The position numbers were made by a program, and so were the translations under genes. Shown here piece by piece: positions 27,408 through 36,969 of a DNA stretch of 64,000 nt (position 1 is its first letter; every line of letters begins with the position of its first letter). The stretch is taken from contig JAFRYG010000024.1 of assembly GCA_017441205.1 (NCBI GenBank), positions 6,046-70,045 of the forward strand. The letters are read 5' to 3'. The notes under the pieces were generated by a model, which was not told where the DNA came from, searched no databases, and saw only the letters and a program-made list of their open reading frames with translations. The stretch comes from Pseudomonadota bacterium. GTDB taxonomy: Bacteria; Myxococcota_A; Bradymonadia; UBA4248.

Positions 27408-29396
27408 TCAGCCCATCCTGCCCAGACCATCCAGAACGACGCGCATCGAAGCCGGTCTGTCATAGGGATTCGGCGAAAGGCAGGATTCGACCAGCTGGGC
27501 TATCGAAACCGGAACCATGGGATTAATCTGACGAATCGGTTCAAAAATGCCCGACATCTGAGCCGTATAAATTGCAACTGCATTCGAACCATTATAAGGC
27601 AGACGCTGAGTAAAACACTCATAACATACGACGCCGAACGAAAACACATCCGCCTGAACCGTAATCGGCTCACCACGGGACTGTTCCGGAGCCATATAAA
27701 ATGGCGTCCCAATCCCCTGGCCAGGAATATTTGCACACGGCATATCCATCGTACTCGCGATGCCGAAGTCCATCAGATACGGATGAAACGAATCCGCTTC
27801 TATCATGATATTCGCGGGTTTTAAATCGCGATGGATGACGCCCCTGTCATGTGCAGCCACAAGTGCTTCTGCAACCTGTATCAACAGCCTCAGGCTCATC
27901 ATCAGCGGCAGCGGTGATTCCTTCAGATGCTGACTCAGATTCTTGCCGTTGATGTAGCGCATCGTAAAGAAATACAATCCTTCGAGCTGCTCCAGATGAT
28001 AAGCAGGAAGAATATAGGCATGCTCCAGATCCCGCGTAATTTTCAATTCGCGTTTAAAACGCTGAAGCCAGGCCGCATCCGAAACAAGCTCCGGACGAAG
28101 CACCTTGAGCGCAAGAATCTCCGTCAGAATCGTATCCAGAACCTTATAGACCGTCCCGGTTCCGCCAGACCCCAGCTCATCCAGAATCTGATAGCGCGAA
28201 CGCGCCAGAACCTCTGCCGGAGAAATCGTCACAGCAGTCCTCAGACCCGAATTGATCGTCCAGAAACTGTTGGAACTGCGATGGACAACGCGCGTTTCAA
28301 AGCCTTCAATGGCCGGAGATGTCAGCGTGTCTTCAAAAACGATATCCCCGCCCGACGACCGCTCAACCGGCGTTTCTGATGATTCCGGCCCTCTGGCATG
28401 CAGCGATCTGTTGCGGTCACTCGATGGCACTTCCACTGAAATACAGGCTTCATCTCCCGTAATGAGATTGATGACGTCACTCCGAAATTCCACACTCTCC
28501 GTTGTCAGCACCGGCGGAAAATCATCAAAATGCCCCCGCATGATATCCATGCGGACTTCCGGCGGCTGATAAGTCCCAAACGCCAGGATAATCTCCTCAA
28601 GTGCCTGCGCAAGCTGACGATAGGATCCAAAACGCTGCTGCGGACGCTCCGCAAGTGTATGGTGGAAAAACTCTATCGCAATCTTCAGTGACTCACCGGG
28701 AATATTCGACCGGTTCAGCACATCCATCATCCCCATCCAGCGAGGTTCCCATTCATCCGGCTGAAATTCACTTGTAATGCATTGATAAAGCAGAGCACCA
28801 ACCGAATAGACATCGCTTTCAACGCTCACTGCTTCGTGGCGTCTCCATTCGGGCGTGTCGAACTTTTCATTCATTTCCGAGTCAAAGCGGAATCGACGAC
28901 GCATCTCAGCCTCGACGAATCCCTTCACATAGACTTCACCCGTCTGCGACATCAAAATATACGGCGGTATCAGCGAAAAATGAGTCAGCTGCCTCTGATA
29001 GGCTTCGTCCAGAACATTGACGGCATCTCTGAGCACCGACGCAAAAAATGCCGGACTCAGTGTATTGCCGCCCTTGCCGGCCAGCTGCGACATCTCACCA
29101 ATCGACAGATGCGCCCACTCATAGGGATAAACCGCATACGCCCCCTGCGAACGGCTCAGCCCAAGTTCGCAGAGCGGAATAAGCCCCGGCATCTGAATAT
29201 GCGAATAACGGCGACAGGCATCCTGGAAACAAAGCCGAAGCTCCGCAGTCCCGCACAATTCCTTGCTCAACGCAATGATATTGTACCAACGACTGCTATC
29301 CTCCTCGGCTGTCGCAAGATAGTACTCATAGTAACGCGGCGAATCCAGCGTCTCTCGCACAACGTAACCAGGAAATTGTCCAACCCGTTGAAACAT
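27408..29396 (-). CDS. Tandem kinase protein: an N-terminal pseudokinase domain plus a C-terminal active Hanks-type Ser/Thr protein kinase.
   Basis: The C-terminal domain carries GSGGTGTVYK, ALK, HRDLKPANIMI, DFGIAS and TPFYMAPE. The N-terminal domain keeps the kinase fold (subdomain IX 'SDVYSVGALLYQCIT') but has HFSLIPPYIL for HRDLKPENIL and KGF for DFG, and lacks the Gly loop. Confidence 0.75.
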   Translation of the reverse strand: MFQRVGQFPGYVVRETLDSPRYYEYYLATAEEDSSRWYNIIALSKELCGTAELRLCFQDACRRYSHIQMPGLIPLCELGLSRSQGAYAVYPYEWAHLSIGEMSQLAGKGGNTLSPAFFASVLRDAVNVLDEAYQRQLTHFSLIPPYILMSQTGEVYVKGFVEAEMRRRFRFDSEMNEKFDTPEWRRHEAVSVESDVYSVGALLYQCITSEFQPDEWEPRWMGMMDVLNRSNIPGESLKIAIEFFHHTLAERPQQRFGSYRQLAQALEEIILAFGTYQPPEVRMDIMRGHFDDFPPVLTTESVEFRSDVINLITGDEACISVEVPSSDRNRSLHARGPESSETPVERSSGGDIVFEDTLTSPAIEGFETRVVHRSSNSFWTINSGLRTAVTISPAEVLARSRYQILDELGSGGTGTVYKVLDTILTEILALKVLRPELVSDAAWLQRFKRELKITRDLEHAYILPAYHLEQLEGLYFFTMRYINGKNLSQHLKESPLPLMMSLRLLIQVAEALVAAHDRGVIHRDLKPANIMIEADSFHPYLMDFGIASTMDMPCANIPGQGIGTPFYMAPEQSRGEPITVQADVFSFGVVCYECFTQRLPYNGSNAVAIYTAQMSGIFEPIRQINPMVPVSIAQLVESCLSPNPYDRPASMRVVLDGLGRMG

Positions 29397-29519
29397 TCAG
29401 AAATAAACCCACAAGACCAGAACACCACACACAAAACTCAGCCATCTTTACACCAACACTGCCGAAATTACCAGCCATCAATCACACATCTAATTTGCTA
29501 TTTTTCAATCTATTATTGT

Positions 29520-29600
29520 CTTTTGGGCGCACACTATCGCCGCCTCCGCGCGGCGATACGTCGTGCGCGGCGGCACTATGCTCATTGGCATACGTGCCGC
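29520..29600. repeat. REP-like palindromic element (GCGCACACTATCGCCGCC...GGCGATACGTCGTGCGCGGCGGCACTATGC).
   Basis: Direct reading. Located upstream of the 1,306-aa gene. Confidence 0.5.
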
Positions 29601-29731
29601 CTTTTTATTTCACACTGACACACAAAAGGATTAAAACCACCACATATTGCTGGCATCCCCCGGCAGTCATTCATACATCACAACAGCGCAGATAAAGACA
29701 TACAATAACTCTGACGCTGCCCAGCCTATAG

Positions 29732-32700
29732 TTGCAATCCATGGAATCTTTTGAACTGCTCGACAAATGGTTTGTTCGCTCCACCCGAAGACTCATCAGT
29801 ATGACAGAATCCCTCATTTGTCAGGCAGGAGCTCGCCCTTCCATTGCTGAAGCCGAAGGCTTTTCCATCCTCAATCAGAGATCTGCCGCTCTCCTCAGTC
29901 AGGACATTCCGGATCTTTCGCTGCCGGCAACGTCATCCACGCTGGTCTGCCACCGCGAACGACATCTCTTGGATGCTCTCGAACTCAAAATGCCGTTCGA
30001 ACTCCAGGCCGCATCCGCCCAGGAAGCCGTCTATCACTGCCTCATCGCCCATGATATCGCAGCAAAACTCAATATCCCGGGGCTCTGCTCTGTCGATGAC
30101 ACACTCGCTCAGCGCCTCGAAGGCGCCAGAATGCCAACGCGCGAAATGATCGATATGATCACCCCAATCGGTCAGACATCCTTCCCGAATTTCATCGACG
30201 AAAATGCCATTATCTCGATTATACGGAACAGTTTCGAACGGTTTAATCCACTCTTTTCCATCGACCTCAATATCTTCGAAGCTGAATCCATACAGGATGA
30301 CGGCATTTGCTTCGTCACAACCGGACGGTATCGGGAACATGCAGATATTTTGTGCAAAAAACTCAACGAAATCGGGTTTTCTGCCGGATACCTCATTCTA
30401 AAACTCATCAAGCCATTCCCGGAACACGAGATTACCGGACTCCTGCACAATCAAAAGCATATCATTGTCCTCGGCGAGGACGATATCTCCGAACAATCCT
30501 TCATTCTGTCCGGTTTGCATGAAATACAGACGTCGTTCAGCGTCAGCTGGCAGCTTCTGTACATCCCCATGCAAAAAGAATCGCGTTTCGAAAAACTCGC
30601 TTCAATCCTGAATATCGCCCCCGGAGACCTCGAATCTGCCTTCGATAATGATTCCGTTTCTTCCGGTTTTGTGATCGGGGCTGCCCCCGGTGGCCAGATG
30701 AGCCGCGGACTGCTGTTCGATCTGGCAGCTGAACTCTCCAAAATGAACGGATATTCAGCGTTTCCCACCAAAAGTACTCACCCCCTCATCAACTCGATCG
30801 GCATCGAAAAAACGCGATCAAAACACCAGGGAACAGAAAAAAGACTCATTGATCTCCTTTTCCTGTCCCATCCCGGACTTATCGACATTCAGGATATACT
30901 CAATGATGTCGCCCCACATGGCATCATTCTCGTCCTCGGCAGAAGCGTCGAAGAAGCATCCATCTGGCCGCTCTTCAGTTTCGACATGAAAAATACGATA
31001 GAGAAAAAAGATATCTCCGTCTATTTTCTCCCGGGATCGCTACTTAACGAATACCAGATGATCGACAAATACGGTTCGTACGTCGTTCACGGAGCTCTGC
31101 TCGGGCTTTTTGCCAAGCGCGCACAGGAGAATCTCGATTTTCAGGCACTTCCGAAGAACCGCATCCTTTCCGGCGAAGCATTCAACCGCCTCATGATCGG
31201 TTCAACTTCGTTTTCTGAAGTCGATCGTTCCGTTAAACAAAGCGACCGATTCGATCCCTATTTTGCGCCGCAAATCAATCTGCCGAGGATGCTGCCAAGT
31301 GTCCGGAATCGTACAAATTCCGCTGACTGGCGTTCAAGCGTCCGAAATTTCTTCGTCCGCGGGCAGTCTACAGACGCCCATCATCACCCGCTTCCCGGCC
31401 TTTCCATCCGTCCGGCAGCCCTTAACCCGTACCTCGAATCCCTCGAAAGAGAACACTTCTATCCGCTGATCGTTACGCGAATAACCGGAAATCCCAAACT
31501 TCAGACGCAGCGGCTGGATGAAACCCTGCGGTCAAAATTCGGCGATCTTTCTGATCGCCCGCAGGCTGCGCAATCGCTGACACAATACATCGCCTGTGCC
31601 GAAAAAATTGCCGATGCCTCATTGCATATCACTCCGGCCAAAACACTGCTCAACGAAGCTCTCGAATCCGTGCACAGGCTTTATCCGGACTTCGATACCT
31701 TCATTTTCTCGGGAATACGGGAATTCATCGCCGGCCTGGATTCGGAATGTCACCTCGTCGGTCTGAATCCTCATACGCTGCTCGATTTGTACGTTCTTTC
31801 GGTTCGTGCTGCGCGCCGCAGCCGCATGCATGACGTCGGTGCAGAAATCCGAACACTGGTCACTCAGCTGCGCGAAAAGCTCCGCGTCGATGATGCTTAC
31901 GGGCCCTTCGGTATGTCTGAATCGGTGCTCAAAGATGCATTTGGTCCAGACGCCACAGAATTGCTCGACACAAACGAAATAGCGCATGATCTGCAGCACC
32001 GTCACTGCGGCCACAAACAGCACGATCCCGAGCGGCTCACGCGGATGTTCGATACCCTTAAAACCCTCGAATCCTTCCTCAAATCCATCGAATCATCCGA
32101 CGATCTCATCTTCACCTATCCCCCCGAAATTCAGGTCAAAACGACTTACGACCGGGTTCGCACGGTCTGTCACAATGAACCCATCGCTGTCGCAAACGGG
32201 CTGTTCGATGCCATCAGCCAAAAACATATCGAGGCATTCAAAGCCATGAGAATTGCCCGCCTCGATATCGACAACGCGTTTGATCCCAACTATCACGGCG
32301 ATATTCTTGAACATTTTACCTGGCAGGATCTCTCCGAAGATGAGCTGCGGCTGCTGCCTGTCATTTGTATCGCCGAAACCACCGCCCATCTCTACGCACA
32401 GCTATCCCCGTTGTCACGTCTGATTCGTGCCGGAAAGCCGCTCGATGTCCTCGTCTTTGAATCGACTTCCAAAGCGATGAGCACGGATCCCGTTACCAGC
32501 CAGCCCAGTTACGACCCGGGATTCAGTTATCTTGCCACCGCATTCCGCGAAGCATTCGTCGCTCAGTCCACGCTTGCAAGACCCGATCATCTCGTGGCCA
32601 ATCTCGCCCGCATGAACCAGTACCTCAGGCCCGCAATCACAGTCGTTGCCTGCCCCACATGGTCTTGGCGTCTGCCTGCCAGAGTACAGCTCGAAGCAGC

Positions 32701-33652
32701 CCATTACGGACGCACTGCGCCCATGTTCCAGTACACCCCCAACATCGATAAATACCATTCCGAACGCTTCAACATTAACGGCAACCCACAGCCCGATCTC
32801 ATCTGGCCCACATGTTCCTTCTCGTACATCGACGAAGATGGAAACATCCGGCAAATGGAAGGCACATTCACTTTTGCCCACGCGCTTGCACTGGAACCCG
32901 GTTACCACAAATACTTCCGCATTCTTCCCAATGAAGCATGGAATGATGAATTGATCGAAATCGGTGAATTCCTCAAAAATCCGTCTTTCGACAAACCGCA
33001 AATTCCATACATCTGGGGCGTCGTCGATTCTCAGCTTCGCAAATGCATCATGACGAGAGATGTCGCCAACGCCTGCATCGACAGGATGCAGCGCTGGAAA
33101 GCCCTCAAGGAACTCTCGCGCGTCACCCCCGTTCAAAACGACGCATTGTCACAGCATGCCTTCGATGATGTTTCCGAAAAACTCGAAGCATCCCGGCAAG
33201 CCTTCAGCGATGTTTCTGAAAAGCTCGAAACATCGCAGAATGTTCTGCGCAATACGGCCAATGTACTTACGCAATGTCTGCGCGAAATACACATCCAGAT
33301 CGAGAATTCCCCCGAGGAATCCTACGATCTCAACGAAGCCATGCGCGAAGAATCTGCATACATCGAAGGACTCGCTGAAGATTACAAGGACACACCTCAG
33401 GAAACATCAAAAGAAGAAATGACTGCAGCCCCGCAGGATACCCCCCCGGTCGCAGAGCAGCCGCAGCAGCCGGCACTTCCCTATATCGAAACGAACAGAT
33501 GCCTGAGCTGCGGTGCATGTGTCAGCATCAATGACAAAATCTTTGGCTTCAATGAAAACGAACAGGCCATTCTCATCAAACAGGATGCTACATGCGATGA
33601 ATGCCGCGAAGCCGCCGAAACATGCCCGGCTGAATGCATCCATGTTTCATAG
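29732..33652 (+). CDS. Large (1,306-aa) hypothetical cytoplasmic protein ending in a single-cluster [4Fe-4S] ferredoxin-like domain.
   Basis: The C-terminal ~55 aa read 'CLSCGACVSINDKIFGFNENEQAILIKQDATCDECREAAETCPAEC', a Cys pattern typical of ferredoxin (CxxCxxC...CP). The ~1,200-aa body has no motif I can name. The true start could be M at 29801. Confidence 0.45.
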   Translation: MQSMESFELLDKWFVRSTRRLISMTESLICQAGARPSIAEAEGFSILNQRSAALLSQDIPDLSLPATSSTLVCHRERHLLDALELKMPFELQAASAQEAVYHCLIAHDIAAKLNIPGLCSVDDTLAQRLEGARMPTREMIDMITPIGQTSFPNFIDENAIISIIRNSFERFNPLFSIDLNIFEAESIQDDGICFVTTGRYREHADILCKKLNEIGFSAGYLILKLIKPFPEHEITGLLHNQKHIIVLGEDDISEQSFILSGLHEIQTSFSVSWQLLYIPMQKESRFEKLASILNIAPGDLESAFDNDSVSSGFVIGAAPGGQMSRGLLFDLAAELSKMNGYSAFPTKSTHPLINSIGIEKTRSKHQGTEKRLIDLLFLSHPGLIDIQDILNDVAPHGIILVLGRSVEEASIWPLFSFDMKNTIEKKDISVYFLPGSLLNEYQMIDKYGSYVVHGALLGLFAKRAQENLDFQALPKNRILSGEAFNRLMIGSTSFSEVDRSVKQSDRFDPYFAPQINLPRMLPSVRNRTNSADWRSSVRNFFVRGQSTDAHHHPLPGLSIRPAALNPYLESLEREHFYPLIVTRITGNPKLQTQRLDETLRSKFGDLSDRPQAAQSLTQYIACAEKIADASLHITPAKTLLNEALESVHRLYPDFDTFIFSGIREFIAGLDSECHLVGLNPHTLLDLYVLSVRAARRSRMHDVGAEIRTLVTQLREKLRVDDAYGPFGMSESVLKDAFGPDATELLDTNEIAHDLQHRHCGHKQHDPERLTRMFDTLKTLESFLKSIESSDDLIFTYPPEIQVKTTYDRVRTVCHNEPIAVANGLFDAISQKHIEAFKAMRIARLDIDNAFDPNYHGDILEHFTWQDLSEDELRLLPVICIAETTAHLYAQLSPLSRLIRAGKPLDVLVFESTSKAMSTDPVTSQPSYDPGFSYLATAFREAFVAQSTLARPDHLVANLARMNQYLRPAITVVACPTWSWRLPARVQLEAAHYGRTAPMFQYTPNIDKYHSERFNINGNPQPDLIWPTCSFSYIDEDGNIRQMEGTFTFAHALALEPGYHKYFRILPNEAWNDELIEIGEFLKNPSFDKPQIPYIWGVVDSQLRKCIMTRDVANACIDRMQRWKALKELSRVTPVQNDALSQHAFDDVSEKLEASRQAFSDVSEKLETSQNVLRNTANVLTQCLREIHIQIENSPEESYDLNEAMREESAYIEGLAEDYKDTPQETSKEEMTAAPQDTPPVAEQPQQPALPYIETNRCLSCGACVSINDKIFGFNENEQAILIKQDATCDECREAAETCPAECIHVS

Positions 33653-33677
33653 AATCCCATTTCCCTATTCCGTATCC

Positions 33678-35861
33678 ATGACATCCCTTTTTGATCGCCC
33701 GACCAGAAAAGAAACGACTGAACACCTCAACGAACCGCTGGCAGCACGCATGCGGCCGCGGACACTCGATGAATTCTGGGGACAGGAACATATCCTTGCA
33801 AAAGGAAGATTGCTGCGCAGAGCTATCGAAGCAGATCAGCTCTCGAGCGTCATCTTTTACGGTCCGCCAGGTACAGGAAAAACGACACTCGCCAGAATCA
33901 TCGCCAACACGACTAAATCCAAATTTCTGTCCATCAATGCCGTGCTCGCCGGCGTCAAAGACATTCGGGATGCCATAGATTCTGCCAAACAGAACTTTGG
34001 ACTTATCGGCCGAAAAAGCATCCTCTTTGTCGACGAAGTTCATCGCTTTAACAAGAGCCAGCAGGATGCATTGCTGCCGTGGGTCGAAAACGGAACCATC
34101 ACGCTTATCGGCGCAACCACCGAGAATCCGTATTTCGAAGTCAACAAGGCTCTCGTCAGTCGTTCGCGCATTTTTCAGCTTCTTTCGCTGACCGAAACCG
34201 ACTTGCGCGGCATTGTCATGCAGGCTCTGCGGGATCCTGACCGCGGATACGGCCTGCTCAATGTTACGATGCGGGAAGAAGCACTCGCACATCTCGTCAA
34301 CGTGGCCAATGGCGATGCCCGGGCACTGCTGAATGCCCTCGAACTTGCAGTCACGACGACTCCGATGGACGAAAACGGTCAAATTGAGATCACCCTTGCC
34401 GTCGCTGAAGAATCCATCCAACAGCGAGCCATTTTGTACGACAAGGAAGGCGACGCTCACTTCGATACGATCAGTGCTTTTATCAAGAGCATTCGGGGAA
34501 GCGATCCTGATGCAGCCCTGTACTGGCTCGCACGCATGGTCCAGGCCGGCGAATCTCCGAATTTTATCTTTCGCAGACTCCTGATCAGCGCCTGCGAAGA
34601 TATCGGTCTGGCTGACCCGCAAGCCGTCAGTGTCGTCGAATCCTGTGCCCAGGCATTCGATCGCATCGGATTGCCAGAGGGCAGATATCATCTGGCGCAT
34701 GCCACGCTCTATCTGGCTACTGCCCCCAAATCCAATTCCTCCATGGCTTTCTTCGACGCCCTGTCAGTCGTTCAGAAAGAATCTTCCTACGAAGTTCCCA
34801 ATCCCCTCAAGGACGCATCCCGCGATAAGGATGGATTGGGGCACGGACAAGGATATCTGTATCCCCATGCCTACCGCGATCACTGGGTTGCACAGCAGTA
34901 TTTGCCCGATGGCCTGCAGGGAAGGATCTTCTATCATCCGACAAACATGGGGTACGAAGCCACCATCGCAGAAAAAGTCATACAAAACCGTGAAGCCCAG
35001 CTCGCTCTCACCGAGGAACGTCGCGACGATGACACATCGACCTCGGAAGAGAGATGGATCGGAAGAACTTTTGACGGAGGAGCCGCAAGGGCGCAGGCCA
35101 TTCGGGAAGAAATCTTCCAGGCCGCCCGGCTTTCCCCAAACGCCCGAGTCCTCGATATCAACGCCGCATCCGGCCTTCTGACCTTCGAAGCGCTCAGACA
35201 ATGCCCGGATGGCGGTGTATTCAGTCTCGTCACCCCATCACAAACTGCCGAGAACTTCCGAAAACTCATGGAACAAAAACCGGAAATCGAACGTGCGGTC
35301 ATCCGGTCTGTCGACGATTTTTCGCCGCAGTCCATCCTAGCATTCGAAGATATCGCATTCGATGCCATCATCGGAAGAAATTTCCTGCATCTGACGGACG
35401 ATTTGCCGGATCTGCTCTGCGCAGTTCAAAAAATGCTCAGCCCCGACGGACACGCCGCCTTCACCAATATTCTGCCCGGTTCCATGCCCAGAATTTCTGC
35501 ACTCATCGACAGTTCAAAGCACCTCGATTCCAATCTGACACAGGCATGGAAAAATGCCGAAGAACAGCTTCTGCGCTCAGAACAGGGAAGTCAGTTTACG
35601 TTCACATCACTCGAAAATGCAGCCAAAATCGCGCATCTCAATGCCCGTCTCCGACGCCTGGAATTCGACGGAACCATGACGATTACGCCCTCGGTTTTCA
35701 GTCACTGGTTTTCGCATAACGCTTCAAAACCGAGTTATATCGACAAGCTCGAATTGCATTTATCAAAAGAATCATGTGATTCCATCACACAATGGGCACA
35801 CTTGTTCCTGCGCAATCAAACCGTCGCATGGCCTTCTGTGATTGCCATGATTGCATGGTAA
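33678..35861 (+). CDS. rarA: Replication-associated recombination protein A (AAA+; RarA/MgsA) fused to a ~300-aa C-terminal Rossmann-like extension.
   Basis: The first ~430 aa align to E. coli RarA (Walker [12 protein letters not shown]; '[31 protein letters not shown]'; '[11 protein letters not shown]'; '[14 protein letters not shown]'). The extension carries '[15 protein letters not shown]', a weak class-I methyltransferase motif-I-like segment. Start re-set to MTSLFDRP at 33678. Confidence 0.75.
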   Translation: MTSLFDRPTRKETTEHLNEPLAARMRPRTLDEFWGQEHILAKGRLLRRAIEADQLSSVIFYGPPGTGKTTLARIIANTTKSKFLSINAVLAGVKDIRDAIDSAKQNFGLIGRKSILFVDEVHRFNKSQQDALLPWVENGTITLIGATTENPYFEVNKALVSRSRIFQLLSLTETDLRGIVMQALRDPDRGYGLLNVTMREEALAHLVNVANGDARALLNALELAVTTTPMDENGQIEITLAVAEESIQQRAILYDKEGDAHFDTISAFIKSIRGSDPDAALYWLARMVQAGESPNFIFRRLLISACEDIGLADPQAVSVVESCAQAFDRIGLPEGRYHLAHATLYLATAPKSNSSMAFFDALSVVQKESSYEVPNPLKDASRDKDGLGHGQGYLYPHAYRDHWVAQQYLPDGLQGRIFYHPTNMGYEATIAEKVIQNREAQLALTEERRDDDTSTSEERWIGRTFDGGAARAQAIREEIFQAARLSPNARVLDINAASGLLTFEALRQCPDGGVFSLVTPSQTAENFRKLMEQKPEIERAVIRSVDDFSPQSILAFEDIAFDAIIGRNFLHLTDDLPDLLCAVQKMLSPDGHAAFTNILPGSMPRISALIDSSKHLDSNLTQAWKNAEEQLLRSEQGSQFTFTSLENAAKIAHLNARLRRLEFDGTMTITPSVFSHWFSHNASKPSYIDKLELHLSKESCDSITQWAHLFLRNQTVAWPSVIAMIAW

Positions 35862-35864
35862 ATA

Positions 35865-35893
35865 AAAAAAGCGGAATGATTCCATTCCGCTTT
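35865..35893. terminator. Bidirectional rho-independent terminator.
   Basis: A-run, then the hairpin AAAGCGGAATGATTCCATTCCGCTTT, then T-rich sequence. It sits between the convergent rarA-fusion and infC genes. Confidence 0.65.
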
Positions 35894-35900
35894 CCGGTGA

Positions 35901-36509
35901 TCAATCCTCACTCGCAGCTGGTGCCGGTTCCGGCTTATCCGAGGATTTATCGGATTTATCCTTGTCGCTGCTGTTGAGCGGTTCTATCGTCGCCGTAATC
36001 ATCTTGCCTTCGATCCTGGCCGGCTGAGCAGCCTGCGCACAATCACTGAAGAGCGCCATGATCTCTTCCATTTTGGTCAGCCACAGCTCTGCGTGCGACT
36101 GTTCACGACCGCGCAGACGCATGACCAGACGAACGCGATCTCCATGCGCAATAAAGCCTTTCGCTTTGCGCACCATCGTTTCCATATCATGATCATCTGT
36201 TTTCGGACGAAGACGAAGTTCTTTCAGATCCACTTTTGCCGCTTTTGAACTCGCTGCTTTCTTGGCCTGTTCGTAACGGAACTTGCCAAAATCCATGATC
36301 CTGCAGACGGGCGGTTTGGCATTGGGAGCCACTTCCACCAAATCAAGTCCATGATCCGAAGCAATTGCACGTGCCTCATCAGGACTCATAATACCAAGCT
36401 TATCTCCTTCCGGACCAATAACCAGAATTTGAGCTATGCGGATTTGGTGATTGATTCTGTACTGATTCTCATCTCCCGGAGCTCCGGGCCCTGTCTGACG
36501 CCGCTTCAT
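35901..36509 (-). CDS. infC: Translation initiation factor IF-3.
   Basis: Aligns to E. coli IF3 ('VRLI...G..LG......A...A...GLDLVE..PNA.PPVCRIMDFGKF.YE', 'LVMRLRGRE'). The 5' end is uncertain because IF-3 often uses a non-ATG start. Confidence 0.85.
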   Translation of the reverse strand: MKRRQTGPGAPGDENQYRINHQIRIAQILVIGPEGDKLGIMSPDEARAIASDHGLDLVEVAPNAKPPVCRIMDFGKFRYEQAKKAASSKAAKVDLKELRLRPKTDDHDMETMVRKAKGFIAHGDRVRLVMRLRGREQSHAELWLTKMEEIMALFSDCAQAAQPARIEGKMITATIEPLNSSDKDKSDKSSDKPEPAPAASED

Positions 36510-36725
36510 GAACCTAAAAACTTCCTTTATGCAAAAACAAAAAAAAAATCCGGACTATTCCGGTAACAAACCAATTTTTTTCAATATCAAATTATACATT
36601 TGTGCGCAATATTATTGTTTTTGGGCAATACAAGCTCCACGGTGAATCATTTTGCCAACCAATACTCATTATTCCCTATTTCCCGGGGTTACACTGCGCT
36701 CACCCCAATTTGCTGAATCCAAACA

Positions 36726-36839
36726 TCACATACCGTGGGTTTCACTCAGGCGCCCCTACAGGGCGCTTCTGATGTGATGCCCCTACGGGGCGTGCCTGAT
36801 TTTATTATGTACAGACATTCCATGGAACGTCTCTTCTAA
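36726..36839. repeat. Composite palindromic element: GCCCCTACAGGGCGC and GCCCCTACGGGGCGTGCC units followed by an ACAGACATTCCATGGAACGTCTCTTCTAA hairpin.
   Basis: Direct reading. It shares the CCATGGAACGTCT palindrome with 6.26 kb and the '...ACGTCTCTTCTAA' tail with the 48.5-kb units. Confidence 0.6.
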
Positions 36840-36969
36840 CAACCAACCATTACGCATTGCGCATTACAAACTAACCGCCAACCACTAAAAAAAACTCTTT
36901 CCCCTTCGCGCCATTCGTTACATAACAGTGCATGGGGCTCAAAATACAGCCAGGAGTACGGATCATACA

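Noticed and set aside
29732-33652. Pyruvate:ferredoxin oxidoreductase (NifJ-like) identity for the 1,306-aa protein.
   Set aside because: The ferredoxin module is at the extreme C-terminus and has a single cluster. No TPP-binding GDG...N motif is visible, and the domain order does not fit PFOR.
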